Source: an uncultured Planctomycetia bacterium (GTDB lineage Bacteria; Omnitrophota; Gorgyraeia; Duberdicusellales; 4484-171). From it: DNA of 64,000 nt. The position numbers and the translations under genes are program-made. Location of the stretch: NCBI GenBank assembly GCA_964629655.1, contig CAZVQU010000001.1, positions 84,788-148,787 of the forward strand, written 5' to 3'. The notes under the pieces are model-generated. The model was not told the DNA's origin. It made no database searches and was given only the letters and a program-made list of their open reading frames with translations. Shown here in pieces: positions 17,618 through 27,133 of the stretch. Positions within the stretch are counted from its first letter, which is position 1; each line of letters starts with the position of its first letter.

Positions 17618-19477
17618 TTATTTTTCTCTCTTTCTTGTCGAAGACAAAACCAACATCTTTAAAGATTCCTGATCCTTCATCCTCATCCAATTTGTATAAA
17701 AATCACTCTCGCGTACAATTTGGGCAATTGCCATCAAAGCCCTTAAATGGAAATTTCTTTCGTCTATTGACCCGGCAAGAACAAAAATAATATGTACCGG
17801 GTCTTCTTGGGGTGAAAATACTATTCCCTTACGGGCTCTCACAAGCACAACTTCAAATTTATTCTCACCGGGAACGACAATGTGAGGGATGGCCAAGCCT
17901 TTCTCAATTACCGTATGTGACTCCTCCTCTCTCCTTATCAACAGACTCTTTATCTGAGTAGGACTGATGCTCAAGCGTAAAGAGAGCATTTCGGATATAA
18001 GCTGGAAAAAATCATCTCTATCCATCTTTTTTTCCAAATCCAAAACAATCGAGCTTTCGACTAAATGGTCAAATCTATCCTTTATGATTCTGTCGCGTTT
18101 ATGAAGAATCTCCTTTAATTCGTCTTCTAGGGAGGTATCGACAAACTCTTTTGCTGTAATCCTCTCTACCAAGTGCATAAGCGCGGAATGTCTCTTTATC
18201 TTGCTAACACTTAGTATAAACCAGATGAGACTGGCTCCAATGAAAGAGACACTTATAAGAAGCGGTATCTTACCCATCTCAAAGATTAAAGCGCCATAGA
18301 TGATAATCCCGATAAGTTGAACCCAGGGATAGAGCGGAGATTTAAAAGTTGGGCGATAATTTATAACTTTACTCTCTCTCATTATAATAACTGAAAGGTT
18401 AACGAAAATAAAAAGAAGAATCATCAGGGTTGAAGCTGTCTTTACCAAACTCTCGAGATCTAAAAAAAGTATTAAAATAAGCATAAACAAACCGGTAAAA
18501 ATTATCGAAAAGTAAGGAGTCTGAAATCTCTTAGATACGAGCGAGAACTGAGAAGGAAGCAAGTCGTCTTTGGCCATAGCCAGGGGTGTACGAGAAGAGG
18601 AGAGTATCCCAGCATTAGCTGTGCTAATAAAAGCAGTTAAAGCCGCTAAAGAAATAATTATACCAAAGCCTATGCCACCTAACTTCAGAGCACCTTGGGT
18701 TAAAGGAGTAAAAGTAGAAGTAATTGCCGAAGGTGATAAAATACCAATAGTAACTGCTATGCAAAGACAGTAGAGTATTTGAACAACAAGAAAAGATAAA
18801 ACCATCCCTAAGGGAATGGTCCGGAAAGGATTCTTAGTGTCTTCAGCGATAGAAGCAACCTTGGTAAGCCCGCCATAGGAGATAAAAACCATTCCGATTA
18901 CCGGTAACAATGAACCTGGCCCTTTAGGGAAAAAAGGCTGAAAGTTTTGCCAAGATATGCCTCTTACCCCCAGAAGAATATAAGTAACGCAGGAAAGAAG
19001 AAGAAAAGTAACCATCAAATTTTGAATGCGGGCAGTAAACTTAACGCTAAAAATATTCACTAATACAAAAACTATGCAAAATGAGGCAGCAATCAGTTTT
19101 ATAAGAAAATAGAGCTGGGGATCATTTACTGAAGGAAGAAAGTACTCTAAGAACACTCCGATACCGATTAAAGCAAAGGCACTCTTTAGACTAAGTGAAA
19201 ACCAGCCAGCCAAACCTCCAAATATGCCTAAAAAGGGGCCAAAGCTACGTTCAATGAAAAAGTAGGTTCCGCCAGCCTTAGGCATTGCGCTTAAAAGCTC
19301 TGATTTGCTAAAAATAGAAGGAATTATTAAAAAACCGGCTATAAAATAAGCCAGAATAATAGAAGGTCCACTGTATTTATAGGCAATAGCCGGAAGAATA
19401 AATAAACCTGAAGAGATCATAGTTCCGGTGGCAATACAGAAAATGTCCCATAAATTAAGCTTTTGAGCCGATTCCAT
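17618..19477 (-). CDS. APC-family amino acid permease fused to a C-terminal PTS EIIA-2 (EIIA-Ntr-like) domain
   Basis: ~12 TM helices span ~440 aa. The C-terminal ~150 aa (...EKGLAIPHIVVPG...VHIIFVLAGS...NFHLRALMAIAQIV) align to PtsN, including the phospho-acceptor His in the AIPH motif. Confidence 0.8.
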   Translation of the reverse strand: MESAQKLNLWDIFCIATGTMISSGLFILPAIAYKYSGPSIILAYFIAGFLIIPSIFSKSELLSAMPKAGGTYFFIERSFGPFLGIFGGLAGWFSLSLKSAFALIGIGVFLEYFLPSVNDPQLYFLIKLIAASFCIVFVLVNIFSVKFTARIQNLMVTFLLLSCVTYILLGVRGISWQNFQPFFPKGPGSLLPVIGMVFISYGGLTKVASIAEDTKNPFRTIPLGMVLSFLVVQILYCLCIAVTIGILSPSAITSTFTPLTQGALKLGGIGFGIIISLAALTAFISTANAGILSSSRTPLAMAKDDLLPSQFSLVSKRFQTPYFSIIFTGLFMLILILFLDLESLVKTASTLMILLFIFVNLSVIIMRESKVINYRPTFKSPLYPWVQLIGIIIYGALIFEMGKIPLLISVSFIGASLIWFILSVSKIKRHSALMHLVERITAKEFVDTSLEDELKEILHKRDRIIKDRFDHLVESSIVLDLEKKMDRDDFFQLISEMLSLRLSISPTQIKSLLIRREEESHTVIEKGLAIPHIVVPGENKFEVVLVRARKGIVFSPQEDPVHIIFVLAGSIDERNFHLRALMAIAQIVRESDFYTNWMRMKDQESLKMLVLSSTRKREK

Positions 19478-19586
19478 GCCAAAATCATACCATAATTTAG
19501 GGCTTGTATAAAGGGCAATTTTTCCAAATTTTGCCTTGAAAAAACGGTAAAATATGGTATATTGGAGAAACTGTAGAGGAGGAAAT

Positions 19587-19745
19587 ATGGCAGAAGTCAG
19601 AATTGATACAAATGAAGATTTCGAAAGAGCCTTGAGAGGATTTAAGGTTCAATGTAAAAAAGAAGGAATTTTGAGGAGGTTTCGGGAACGGCAATATTAC
19701 ACGAAACCATCTCAAAAAAGGAGGGTCAAGAAGAAAAAACGTTAA
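19587..19745 (+). CDS. rpsU: 30S ribosomal protein S21
   Basis: MAEVRIDTNEDFERALRGFKVQCKKEGILRRFRERQYYTKPSQKRR matches S21. A GAGGAGG Shine-Dalgarno sequence lies 6 nt upstream. The ORF track start at 19554 is an upstream in-frame extension. Confidence 0.88.
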   Translation: MAEVRIDTNEDFERALRGFKVQCKKEGILRRFRERQYYTKPSQKRRVKKKKR

Positions 19746-19791
19746 AGGGACTCTTGTGTATGTGAACATGAACGAATAAGGAGAAAACGCA

Positions 19792-20091
19792 ATGGAAGAA
19801 GAAAAAAAGATTTATATTGGCAACTTGGAATTTGGCACTAGCGAAGATGATCTAAAAAAATTCATCGAAGAAAAAGGACTAAGCGCTAAGGATGTAAAAA
19901 TAATAACTGACAAATTTTCTGGTAAATCCAAAGGTTTTGGATTCGCAGAATTTGAAACTGAGGAGCAAACCCAACAAGCTATAGATGCATTAAACGAACA
20001 AGAATTAAACGGCAGAGCATTACGGGTAAGCAAAGCGCAAAAAATGCGCCCCCGGACCGATAGAGGTGACTTTAGCGGCGGAAGATTCTAA
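19792..20091 (+). CDS. RNA-binding protein with a single RRM domain
   Basis: RNP-2 motif IYIGNL and RNP-1 motif KGFGFAEF, with a short RGG-like tail. AAGGAG RBS upstream. Confidence 0.85.
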   Translation: MEEEKKIYIGNLEFGTSEDDLKKFIEEKGLSAKDVKIITDKFSGKSKGFGFAEFETEEQTQQAIDALNEQELNGRALRVSKAQKMRPRTDRGDFSGGRF

Positions 20092-20112
20092 GAAAATTTA
20101 AGTAAATTAAAA

Positions 20113-20146
20113 AGAGGAGGAAATGCCGTTCCCTCCTCTTTTTTTA
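20113..20146. terminator. Bidirectional rho-independent terminator between the RRM gene (+) and addB (-)
   Basis: AAAAGAGGAGG aaatgccgtt CCCTCCTCTTTTTTT forms a perfect 8-bp GC-rich stem flanked by A and T runs on both strands. Confidence 0.8.
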
Positions 20147-22957
20147 TCTGCAAAGTGAAGTAAAAGGACAAAATTGACACCTTCTCTCATCTCGGTCAGA
20201 AACGAATGGTATATTTATATCAAATAGCTCTCTAAATATTGCTTCTAGCCCCTGCAAAGACAGTTCTTCAACTTTTTCTTTTTTTAATATATCCTCTTTA
20301 GAAATAAAAGCTTTACGCTTACATGTACGCACATTATAGATTTCAGCATTTACCTGCCTACCAGGAAAGCTTTTAGAGGTAAAATGATAGTAAAGTGGTA
20401 ATTGAAAGGATTTAATCGTTTCCTTTATTGAATCCCGGTTCATTTCCATGGCTGAGAGAGCCGAAAGCCTCTTAGGCGCAATATTAGCTCCGCCGGTCTT
20501 GTAGTCAATCACTACGATGCTTTTATCTTCTAGCTGATCAATCCTGTCAGCAGTATACCTGAAACGGATAGCTTTATTGTCCATCTCCCAAATACCCTTA
20601 CATTCACTCTCTAGAGAAATTATTTTAGCTACACCCCTCTCAGCTTCGCTATCTAGGAACTTATTCATCCGATTATCTATAATTCGCTTTAGGAGAAATG
20701 AATCAGACCTCATGCGACGGGCAAGACTTTCAAACTTCTCCTCCATCTTCTTAGAAAAAGTCCTTCTAAAACCTTTTTCAATCACTGGTTTTCTGCCTAC
20801 AAAAACTTTAAAAGTATCGGCTAGGAGTTCATGAATAAAAGTTCCGATATGAGGAGCCTGAGGGTCACCAAGTGAATCCTCTCTTTCTCTTAACCCTAAT
20901 AGGTATTGATAGTAAAACTGCAAAGGACAATTGAGGTAAGTATTCAAGCGACTTGCCGAGTAAGTTGCTTTCTTTAAAAACCGCACCATCGCCTCTGTTT
21001 TTTGAACAGTTGGAGCCAAGGAGGTTACTTCGACTGTAAACCGAGCCTTAGGCACAGAAGCAACTTCCAATTTTCCCAGTTCTCTCTGTTTTGTCCAAAG
21101 TAATTCCTCGATAAATCTACTCTTTTCTTTTTCTTGATTCTCTTCATATATCAAATGAACTTTTTTTGCACCTGACGCTAAACGCATAAATTGATACCGC
21201 TGTATCTCTTCTTCCTTCTCGAGACGATTTAGTCCTAGATTTAACATAACTTCACGAGGGATCAAAGGCTCATAAATCTTGAGTTTGGGTAAGACAGCTT
21301 CATTCAAATCCATTATAATTACATTCTCAAAGTTAAGTGAACGAGTCTCAAGAAGTCCTAGGATTTGCGCTCCTCTTAAAGGTGAACCGGTAAAAGAAAT
21401 AACCTCAGCCTGAAGCTTCTGTTGAAAAATATCCCAAATTTCATTAGGATTAAATTTCTCTCTGTTAAATGCTAAACTTCCTAACTCCTGGCCTATCCTG
21501 TATAGTTTTTCTACCACTTTAAGATTGAAAGGGAAATCTCCAACCTTACTCTTCTCGGCCAAAAGATTAAGTAATTCTAAAAATGTAGCACTAAAACAAT
21601 CGAAATCAGAAATACCTTCCCACCTCCTGAAAAACATCTCATGTAATTTAAGCAAAAGGCTCTTACATTCATCAAAGTTTACCGTGATGTCCATATTCTG
21701 GAGGACCTCTTGTGTACGTAAGTAAATCTTCTCTTCTGCCTCTATTTCCCCTAGGCTTAAAAAAAGGCTTCCGCCGATAGACGTATCTTCCTGCCCCTGG
21801 AGAAGTTCTTCTATTTTATGAACCATCACTCGGGTAATTGCTGAGTTCTCACCTATTTCTAAATTCTTTACTAAAGGATGGCGCAAGAGACTCAAGTAAT
21901 CTTTTGTGTAGTAGACGTTACCAGATCTTTGCTCCTGAGACTTTAATATTAAATCAAGCAGAACATAGAGCGAGCTCCTTTTTAAAGGATAGCCTAAGGA
22001 AATATTGAAATCTTTAAGCAAAGACGAAATTCCAGTAAGCAGCGGTATGAGAGTCTGAGGCTGAGGCAAAACAATTAAAGTATTATCCTTGTTTTTAATC
22101 TTGCCAAGAATCTCCCCAACAATACCGACTTGCGAATGCATATCGAACCCCCGGTAAAGAGAAAAATCAGGTTTAGTATCTTCTTTTTGGGACTTAATTG
22201 AAATATTTAATTTTTTAGCATTAGTCGCTAATACTGGCCACTTATCTTGTGAGCCTTGAAAAATACAAACCCCCCTTCCCTCCTCGTGAATACTTTTAAT
22301 AATCTTTTGCTCTACGGCATGAAGATAAAAGAAATTACAGAAAATGATTGTTTCGAATTCTTCATATTTTCCCTCTTGGACGGACTTGGCTGCCTGCAGA
22401 TACCTCAAGCCTCTAGAAGTTAGATTTCTCTTTATTAAAGCCCTATGGTAAGCATCACGCAAAGATATTATCTCGGCAAGTAAATGATTAATGCTTTCAG
22501 GTATTTCATAACCGATACTAGCGCTCTTCTCGATAGACAACAGAGATTGATTATTAATGTCCTCTAAATCGAGCTGTTCAATAAAAGAAATAATCTCTCG
22601 AGCCCAAGGTAGAAAGGTGCTAAAAGATTCCCTTTGCTTTAGGAGCTTAGGAAGATGTTCCTGAGCCAAAGAATAAATAAGAAAGCAAGCATCTAAGTCT
22701 TTGATTTTGTGCTGAGATTGGGGAAAGGAAAGAAAATCAACGAACTCATCCATACTAAAGAAATGCGGAGGTAGGTAAGCCTTCTTTATTCTCTGAGAGA
22801 GCTCTCGTTGCAAAAACAGGGCTGGCCGCCGACCGCCAAAAATACACCCAATGCGACTTAGGTTATTACCCGACTTTAGGAAATTCTCGCTAAGAAAGGT
22901 AGCTAGCTTAGCAATAAAATCTTCACCGAAATTATAGGTAATTACCTTTTCCATCAA
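20144..22957 (-). CDS. addB: Helicase-nuclease subunit AddB/RexB (inactive helicase-like N-terminus, C-terminal Fe-S PD-(D/E)XK nuclease)
   Basis: 937 aa with a C-terminal Cys cluster C...CQFCPFTSLC. It is adjacent to addA. Confidence 0.8.
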   Translation of the reverse strand: MMEKVITYNFGEDFIAKLATFLSENFLKSGNNLSRIGCIFGGRRPALFLQRELSQRIKKAYLPPHFFSMDEFVDFLSFPQSQHKIKDLDACFLIYSLAQEHLPKLLKQRESFSTFLPWAREIISFIEQLDLEDINNQSLLSIEKSASIGYEIPESINHLLAEIISLRDAYHRALIKRNLTSRGLRYLQAAKSVQEGKYEEFETIIFCNFFYLHAVEQKIIKSIHEEGRGVCIFQGSQDKWPVLATNAKKLNISIKSQKEDTKPDFSLYRGFDMHSQVGIVGEILGKIKNKDNTLIVLPQPQTLIPLLTGISSLLKDFNISLGYPLKRSSLYVLLDLILKSQEQRSGNVYYTKDYLSLLRHPLVKNLEIGENSAITRVMVHKIEELLQGQEDTSIGGSLFLSLGEIEAEEKIYLRTQEVLQNMDITVNFDECKSLLLKLHEMFFRRWEGISDFDCFSATFLELLNLLAEKSKVGDFPFNLKVVEKLYRIGQELGSLAFNREKFNPNEIWDIFQQKLQAEVISFTGSPLRGAQILGLLETRSLNFENVIIMDLNEAVLPKLKIYEPLIPREVMLNLGLNRLEKEEEIQRYQFMRLASGAKKVHLIYEENQEKEKSRFIEELLWTKQRELGKLEVASVPKARFTVEVTSLAPTVQKTEAMVRFLKKATYSASRLNTYLNCPLQFYYQYLLGLREREDSLGDPQAPHIGTFIHELLADTFKVFVGRKPVIEKGFRRTFSKKMEEKFESLARRMRSDSFLLKRIIDNRMNKFLDSEAERGVAKIISLESECKGIWEMDNKAIRFRYTADRIDQLEDKSIVVIDYKTGGANIAPKRLSALSAMEMNRDSIKETIKSFQLPLYYHFTSKSFPGRQVNAEIYNVRTCKRKAFISKEDILKKEKVEELSLQGLEAIFRELFDINIPFVSDRDERRCQFCPFTSLCR

Positions 22958-25900
22958 CTAGCCTAGGTTAACCTCTTCCTTTATCATTCTATCTAAATAT
23001 ACTAAAAACCCCCTCACTTCTCGTTTAGGATAAATATCCTTAATAATTTGAACATATTCTTTGATTTGTTTTTCATGGTCAAGCTTTGGGCCTTGAGAAC
23101 TCTTATAATCAACTATCCAGATCTCTTTTTCTCTTACTATTAGACGATCAATTCGTTTACCATCACCAAAATGATTTACCACTTCCTTTTCGCAAAAAAC
23201 ATCAGAATCTGGGATAAAAAAGATATCTCTTAACTCTTTCTTTGCTAACAGCTTCCTTAAACTCTGCTCATAGGGATAAAAATCCTCAATAAATGGATAT
23301 TGTATCCTAGCAAACAACACGGCTTCCTTTATTAACTCTTCGACATCTACACCCTCACAATTTCCAATTCGTGAAAGGATTGTATGCAGTAAGTTTCCTT
23401 CTAGGATATTTTTTCGATTCCTAATGCTTTGCCAATCACCAAACTCACCAAGAATTAACTCTGGCCACTCTTTATATACTAAAGGTAATATGTCTATCGT
23501 CGGTTGCAGGCCTCTTTCCTGTCTTCGATACTTTATTTTGCTTCCGCCCTCCTTTACGCCTTCAGGAATTACATGCCAAGCTTTATTATTGCTATTTGAA
23601 CTCTTCTTAGGAATAAAGATATATAACTCAAACTGAGCCCTAGTTAAAGCAACGTATATATTATTTAACTCATCGATACAGGCCTTCTTATAGCTTTGGA
23701 TATAAATTTCTTGCAGAAGAGGTGAATATACGCGATGGTTATTGGTAATGCGTACTATCCCTAAATCTTTGTACTGGTTAGGTACAACGTAGGAACTACT
23801 ACCTTTTTCGCCAGTCTCGGGGTTTATATCCATACGCAAGAATGGAATAACAACAACGCCAAACTCTAACCCTTTAGATTTATGGATGGTAAGAACCTTT
23901 ACCGAACTACCGTGGACAACATTTACATATAGCTCTTCTTGCGGTGCAACTTCTAAGTATGCGAGAAGCTCGCCTAGGCCTACGTAATTATCCTCTCTCT
24001 GTTTTATTAATTCTAAAAACTTCATGAAGAAAGCTTGATTCTTTTTAAAGTTTTCAGTTACTTTTAAGGCTTGATAAATGCTAACAACTAACTCGTAAGG
24101 AGATATAAATCCTACTGTTTTGAAAAACTTATCAATATATTTATCCCAAATTTCCGGATACCTCTGACGAAACAAACGGTATAGTGGTATGTGCCTGCCA
24201 ATTTTACCTTCTTTGTGAAGACTAAAAATAAACTCGGTAATATCCCGAGAAGCAATATTGGTTGAGCGGCTAAACACCTCTCCAAGAATAAAGCTAGCAA
24301 AACTTAAATCGTCCAAAGGTGAATATAGAAATTTTAGAAATGAAATGATATCTTTTACCAAAAAGTTCTTAATAACATTTAAAGTCTTTTCTGATTCAAC
24401 AGGAAAACCTGCCTCCAAAAGCCATGAGGTTACCAGCTCAACCTCGTTATTGTCCCGGGTAAGAATTGCTATGTCTTCATATTGAAAACGCCCCTTTAAC
24501 TCTCGCAGCAGCCTTAAAATCTTAGGCTGTATGATATCGTCTCGCTCTTGTTTATTTTTTTCTTCAATTCGTTCAACATAGACATAACCCCCAAGATTAC
24601 CCTCTCGCTGCTTCTGCTTTGTATCTTTAAAAATATCGAGAATCTCATCAATGCTCTCTTTCTTCTCGCCCAACTCTTTAGCGATGCCTGAGAAATCAAG
24701 AACAAACTCTAGATTTTCCCTTGAGAATACCTTATTGTTAAACTCGACGATTGCTCTTTGGCTACGCCAATTTTTCATCAGGTAGGCATTTTTTACATTA
24801 AAATGGGTAAACTCCTCCCTAACGGCATCAAAAAGCTTTGCTTCGCCGCCGCGAAAACGGTATATAGCCTGTTTTTTATCGCCAACATAAAATAATGAAC
24901 CGCCTGTAGAGAGTGCCTCCCTAACCATCTCCTCTAAATTACACCATTGTAATAGACTTGTGTCTTGGAATTCATCAATAAGATAGTGTTTAAAACGGGT
25001 AGCTAGACGGTAATAGACTTCGGCAACGGTTATGCCTTCTTCGTCGAAAAGTAAGCGAGCCTTTCGGTTGAGCTCCTCCAAGAATAATACATCCTCCTTC
25101 TTTGAAAGTAACTGGAAAGAACCACTTATTCTCTGATAAAGCGCTATGTAAGGGTTGTAAGCAACGGTTGCATCTAATTCAACCAGCTCCTTTAGCAAAT
25201 TATGAATTCTCTTCCACTTTTTATTAAAGTCGGCCGGAGTTATTTTTTCCTTGTTCATCGGAGCTTGGGGATTTTTCAGATGAGCCGGAAGAGCAGCGAT
25301 ATCAAAAATATCATCGTTTTTATCAAGGAAAGAAAAAATATGCTTCTTAGCGCTGGCGTTCATGCTAGCAGGAAAACATTCAGACAATCCTCTAATCTGG
25401 CCCAAAATAAACTTCTTCTTCTTGATTATATCTCTAGAAACTCCCGGGAAAGAACTAAATGATTTTCCATACTTATTGCTTAATCTAAATAAGGATTGCA
25501 ATAATCCTAAGATGTCCTCCTTAGGAAACCACCCGTTTCTATTCTCGACAAATAGATAATGTTGAAGGAATTCTTCTAACAGTCCTAGCACTTCTTTCTT
25601 CTCTCTTGCTTCTTCGGTCAAGGAATCCAGACAAAAGCAAAGAGATGGAAGATAGTCCCGCTTTATCTTAAAACTAGCTGAACGATCGATGTTTAATGAA
25701 CACCCCAGAAGAAGCGCATTAATAAAACTGTCTATGGTCTGGACTTGGAAAAAGTTATAATGCCTAATGAGCTCATCCATGATGAGTTTAGCTTTACTCT
25801 CAACGCTCTTCTTCTCAACGCCAAGCGAAGACAGAATATCTTCCTCTTCTTCTTTATCCGAAAAAGCATCTAAGGCTAACTTTTTCAGGAACTCGAGGAT

Positions 25901-26104
25901 CCTCTCCTTCATCTCTACCGTGGCTTTGTTGGTAAAGGTAATGGCTAAGATATTTCTTAAAGGAATTTGGTTTGATTCTAATTGAGGATTTATAAGTAAA
26001 TGGAGGTATCTTTTAGTTAGGCAGTAGGTCTTTCCTGAACCGGCAGAAGCTTCAACTACAACAACTTGGGGGAACTCAAGATAGCGGACATCTTTCTCAG
26101 GCAT
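22958..26104 (-). CDS. addA: ATP-dependent helicase/nuclease subunit AddA (UvrD-type SF1 helicase with C-terminal RecB nuclease)
   Basis: 1048 aa. Walker A motif EASAGSGKTY and a C-terminal nuclease motif DRLIVREKEIWIVDYKS. Confidence 0.88.
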   Translation of the reverse strand: MPEKDVRYLEFPQVVVVEASAGSGKTYCLTKRYLHLLINPQLESNQIPLRNILAITFTNKATVEMKERILEFLKKLALDAFSDKEEEEDILSSLGVEKKSVESKAKLIMDELIRHYNFFQVQTIDSFINALLLGCSLNIDRSASFKIKRDYLPSLCFCLDSLTEEAREKKEVLGLLEEFLQHYLFVENRNGWFPKEDILGLLQSLFRLSNKYGKSFSSFPGVSRDIIKKKKFILGQIRGLSECFPASMNASAKKHIFSFLDKNDDIFDIAALPAHLKNPQAPMNKEKITPADFNKKWKRIHNLLKELVELDATVAYNPYIALYQRISGSFQLLSKKEDVLFLEELNRKARLLFDEEGITVAEVYYRLATRFKHYLIDEFQDTSLLQWCNLEEMVREALSTGGSLFYVGDKKQAIYRFRGGEAKLFDAVREEFTHFNVKNAYLMKNWRSQRAIVEFNNKVFSRENLEFVLDFSGIAKELGEKKESIDEILDIFKDTKQKQREGNLGGYVYVERIEEKNKQERDDIIQPKILRLLRELKGRFQYEDIAILTRDNNEVELVTSWLLEAGFPVESEKTLNVIKNFLVKDIISFLKFLYSPLDDLSFASFILGEVFSRSTNIASRDITEFIFSLHKEGKIGRHIPLYRLFRQRYPEIWDKYIDKFFKTVGFISPYELVVSIYQALKVTENFKKNQAFFMKFLELIKQREDNYVGLGELLAYLEVAPQEELYVNVVHGSSVKVLTIHKSKGLEFGVVVIPFLRMDINPETGEKGSSSYVVPNQYKDLGIVRITNNHRVYSPLLQEIYIQSYKKACIDELNNIYVALTRAQFELYIFIPKKSSNSNNKAWHVIPEGVKEGGSKIKYRRQERGLQPTIDILPLVYKEWPELILGEFGDWQSIRNRKNILEGNLLHTILSRIGNCEGVDVEELIKEAVLFARIQYPFIEDFYPYEQSLRKLLAKKELRDIFFIPDSDVFCEKEVVNHFGDGKRIDRLIVREKEIWIVDYKSSQGPKLDHEKQIKEYVQIIKDIYPKREVRGFLVYLDRMIKEEVNLG

Positions 26105-26122
26105 TAATTGTTACTGGCTTGG

Positions 26123-26473
26123 CTATTTAAAAAATCTATCTTTTATCTGTTTAAAATAATAATTTGCAAATTTTTCTTGTTTCGAATCCTCCACGTCAAT
26201 TACTTCACCGCCACAAAAATAGCCATTTTCCAAATCGATGAACTCTGACCAAACTACTACTATTTTAAGCCTGACTGAATCAAGCTCCTCAGGTATAAAA
26301 TAATCAATAAGAAGAACCTGACCTTTTTGCCACTCAATTTCAGAAGCAAAGCAGACCCCCATTAAGCTAAAGTTCTTACTCTTACCTTTAAGGCAACAAC
26401 CTACCTCATTCAGGGGCCGAATTTCTAGAAAATCCCCAACATCTAATCTTATAAGTCGTCTATTCTCTCCCAT
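26123..26473 (-). CDS. Stand-alone PilZ-domain protein (putative c-di-GMP receptor)
   Basis: 116 aa with an RRLIR (RxxxR) motif and an NFSLMG (N/DxSxxG) motif spaced 25 aa apart. Confidence 0.6.
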   Translation of the reverse strand: MGENRRLIRLDVGDFLEIRPLNEVGCCLKGKSKNFSLMGVCFASEIEWQKGQVLLIDYFIPEELDSVRLKIVVVWSEFIDLENGYFCGGEVIDVEDSKQEKFANYYFKQIKDRFFK

Positions 26474-26517
26474 AGCTTATTAATTATAACAGAAAATGAC
26501 AAAAAGAGGAATTTTCT

Positions 26518-27105
26518 TTAAAGGTACTCGGAATGGAAAATATCCTTAAGAGGCCTTTTGGGAACATGGATCCGCCCCTTTTTATCAAGCCAGTACTTAA
26601 CATTTTTAGAATCACTCTCTAATTTTGGAACCTCATCGGAAAAACCAGCAGCTATTAAAGAATCTATCTCGTATTTTGAAGGTATCTTTAATATTTTGGC
26701 TACAGCGCTCCTGTCTATAGACCCAATCCAGCAACTTCCTACACCTTCAGCCAGAAGTGATAAAATCATATTTTCAACAGATGCCCCGATATCTCTTAAG
26801 TCGAAACTCTTAGCTTTCTTCTTATTCATAAGGATAGCTATGTAAAGAGTTGGCCTCTTGCCAACCGGAGGCATTCTTTTAGGATACAAATAGCCAGCCC
26901 AGCGGGTATGGGGAAATATTTTCTCACGTACTGGCTTTTTTCTTACTGCTAAATACTCTAAGAATTGTAAATTTGCCGCCGAAGGAGCAAGGCGGGCAGC
27001 ATTTATTGCCCGCTTAATTGTGATCAAAGGGATTTCTTTTTGCTTAAAAAGACGTATTGTACGGCGTTTAGTGATCAATTCCTGATAACGGTTGCTTTTT
27101 TCCAC
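26518..27105 (-). CDS. Nitroreductase-family flavin oxidoreductase
   Basis: 195 aa with the RRTIRLF...AINAARLAPSAANLQ motif. Confidence 0.75.
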   Translation of the reverse strand: MEKSNRYQELITKRRTIRLFKQKEIPLITIKRAINAARLAPSAANLQFLEYLAVRKKPVREKIFPHTRWAGYLYPKRMPPVGKRPTLYIAILMNKKKAKSFDLRDIGASVENMILSLLAEGVGSCWIGSIDRSAVAKILKIPSKYEIDSLIAAGFSDEVPKLESDSKNVKYWLDKKGRIHVPKRPLKDIFHSEYL

Positions 27106-27133
27106 GACTAAATCTTAAGCTCCTTGCTCTCCT

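Noticed and set aside
19497-19769. 90-aa minus-strand ORF
   Set aside because: It is antisense to rpsU, which has a clear S21 sequence and RBS on the plus strand. Composition is low-complexity and Phe/Pro-rich, so it is a spurious ORF.
23424-25985. Several short plus- and minus-strand ORFs (62-86 aa) inside addA
   Set aside because: All are embedded in the 1048-aa AddA ORF in other frames or on the other strand. None has an RBS or a recognisable motif.
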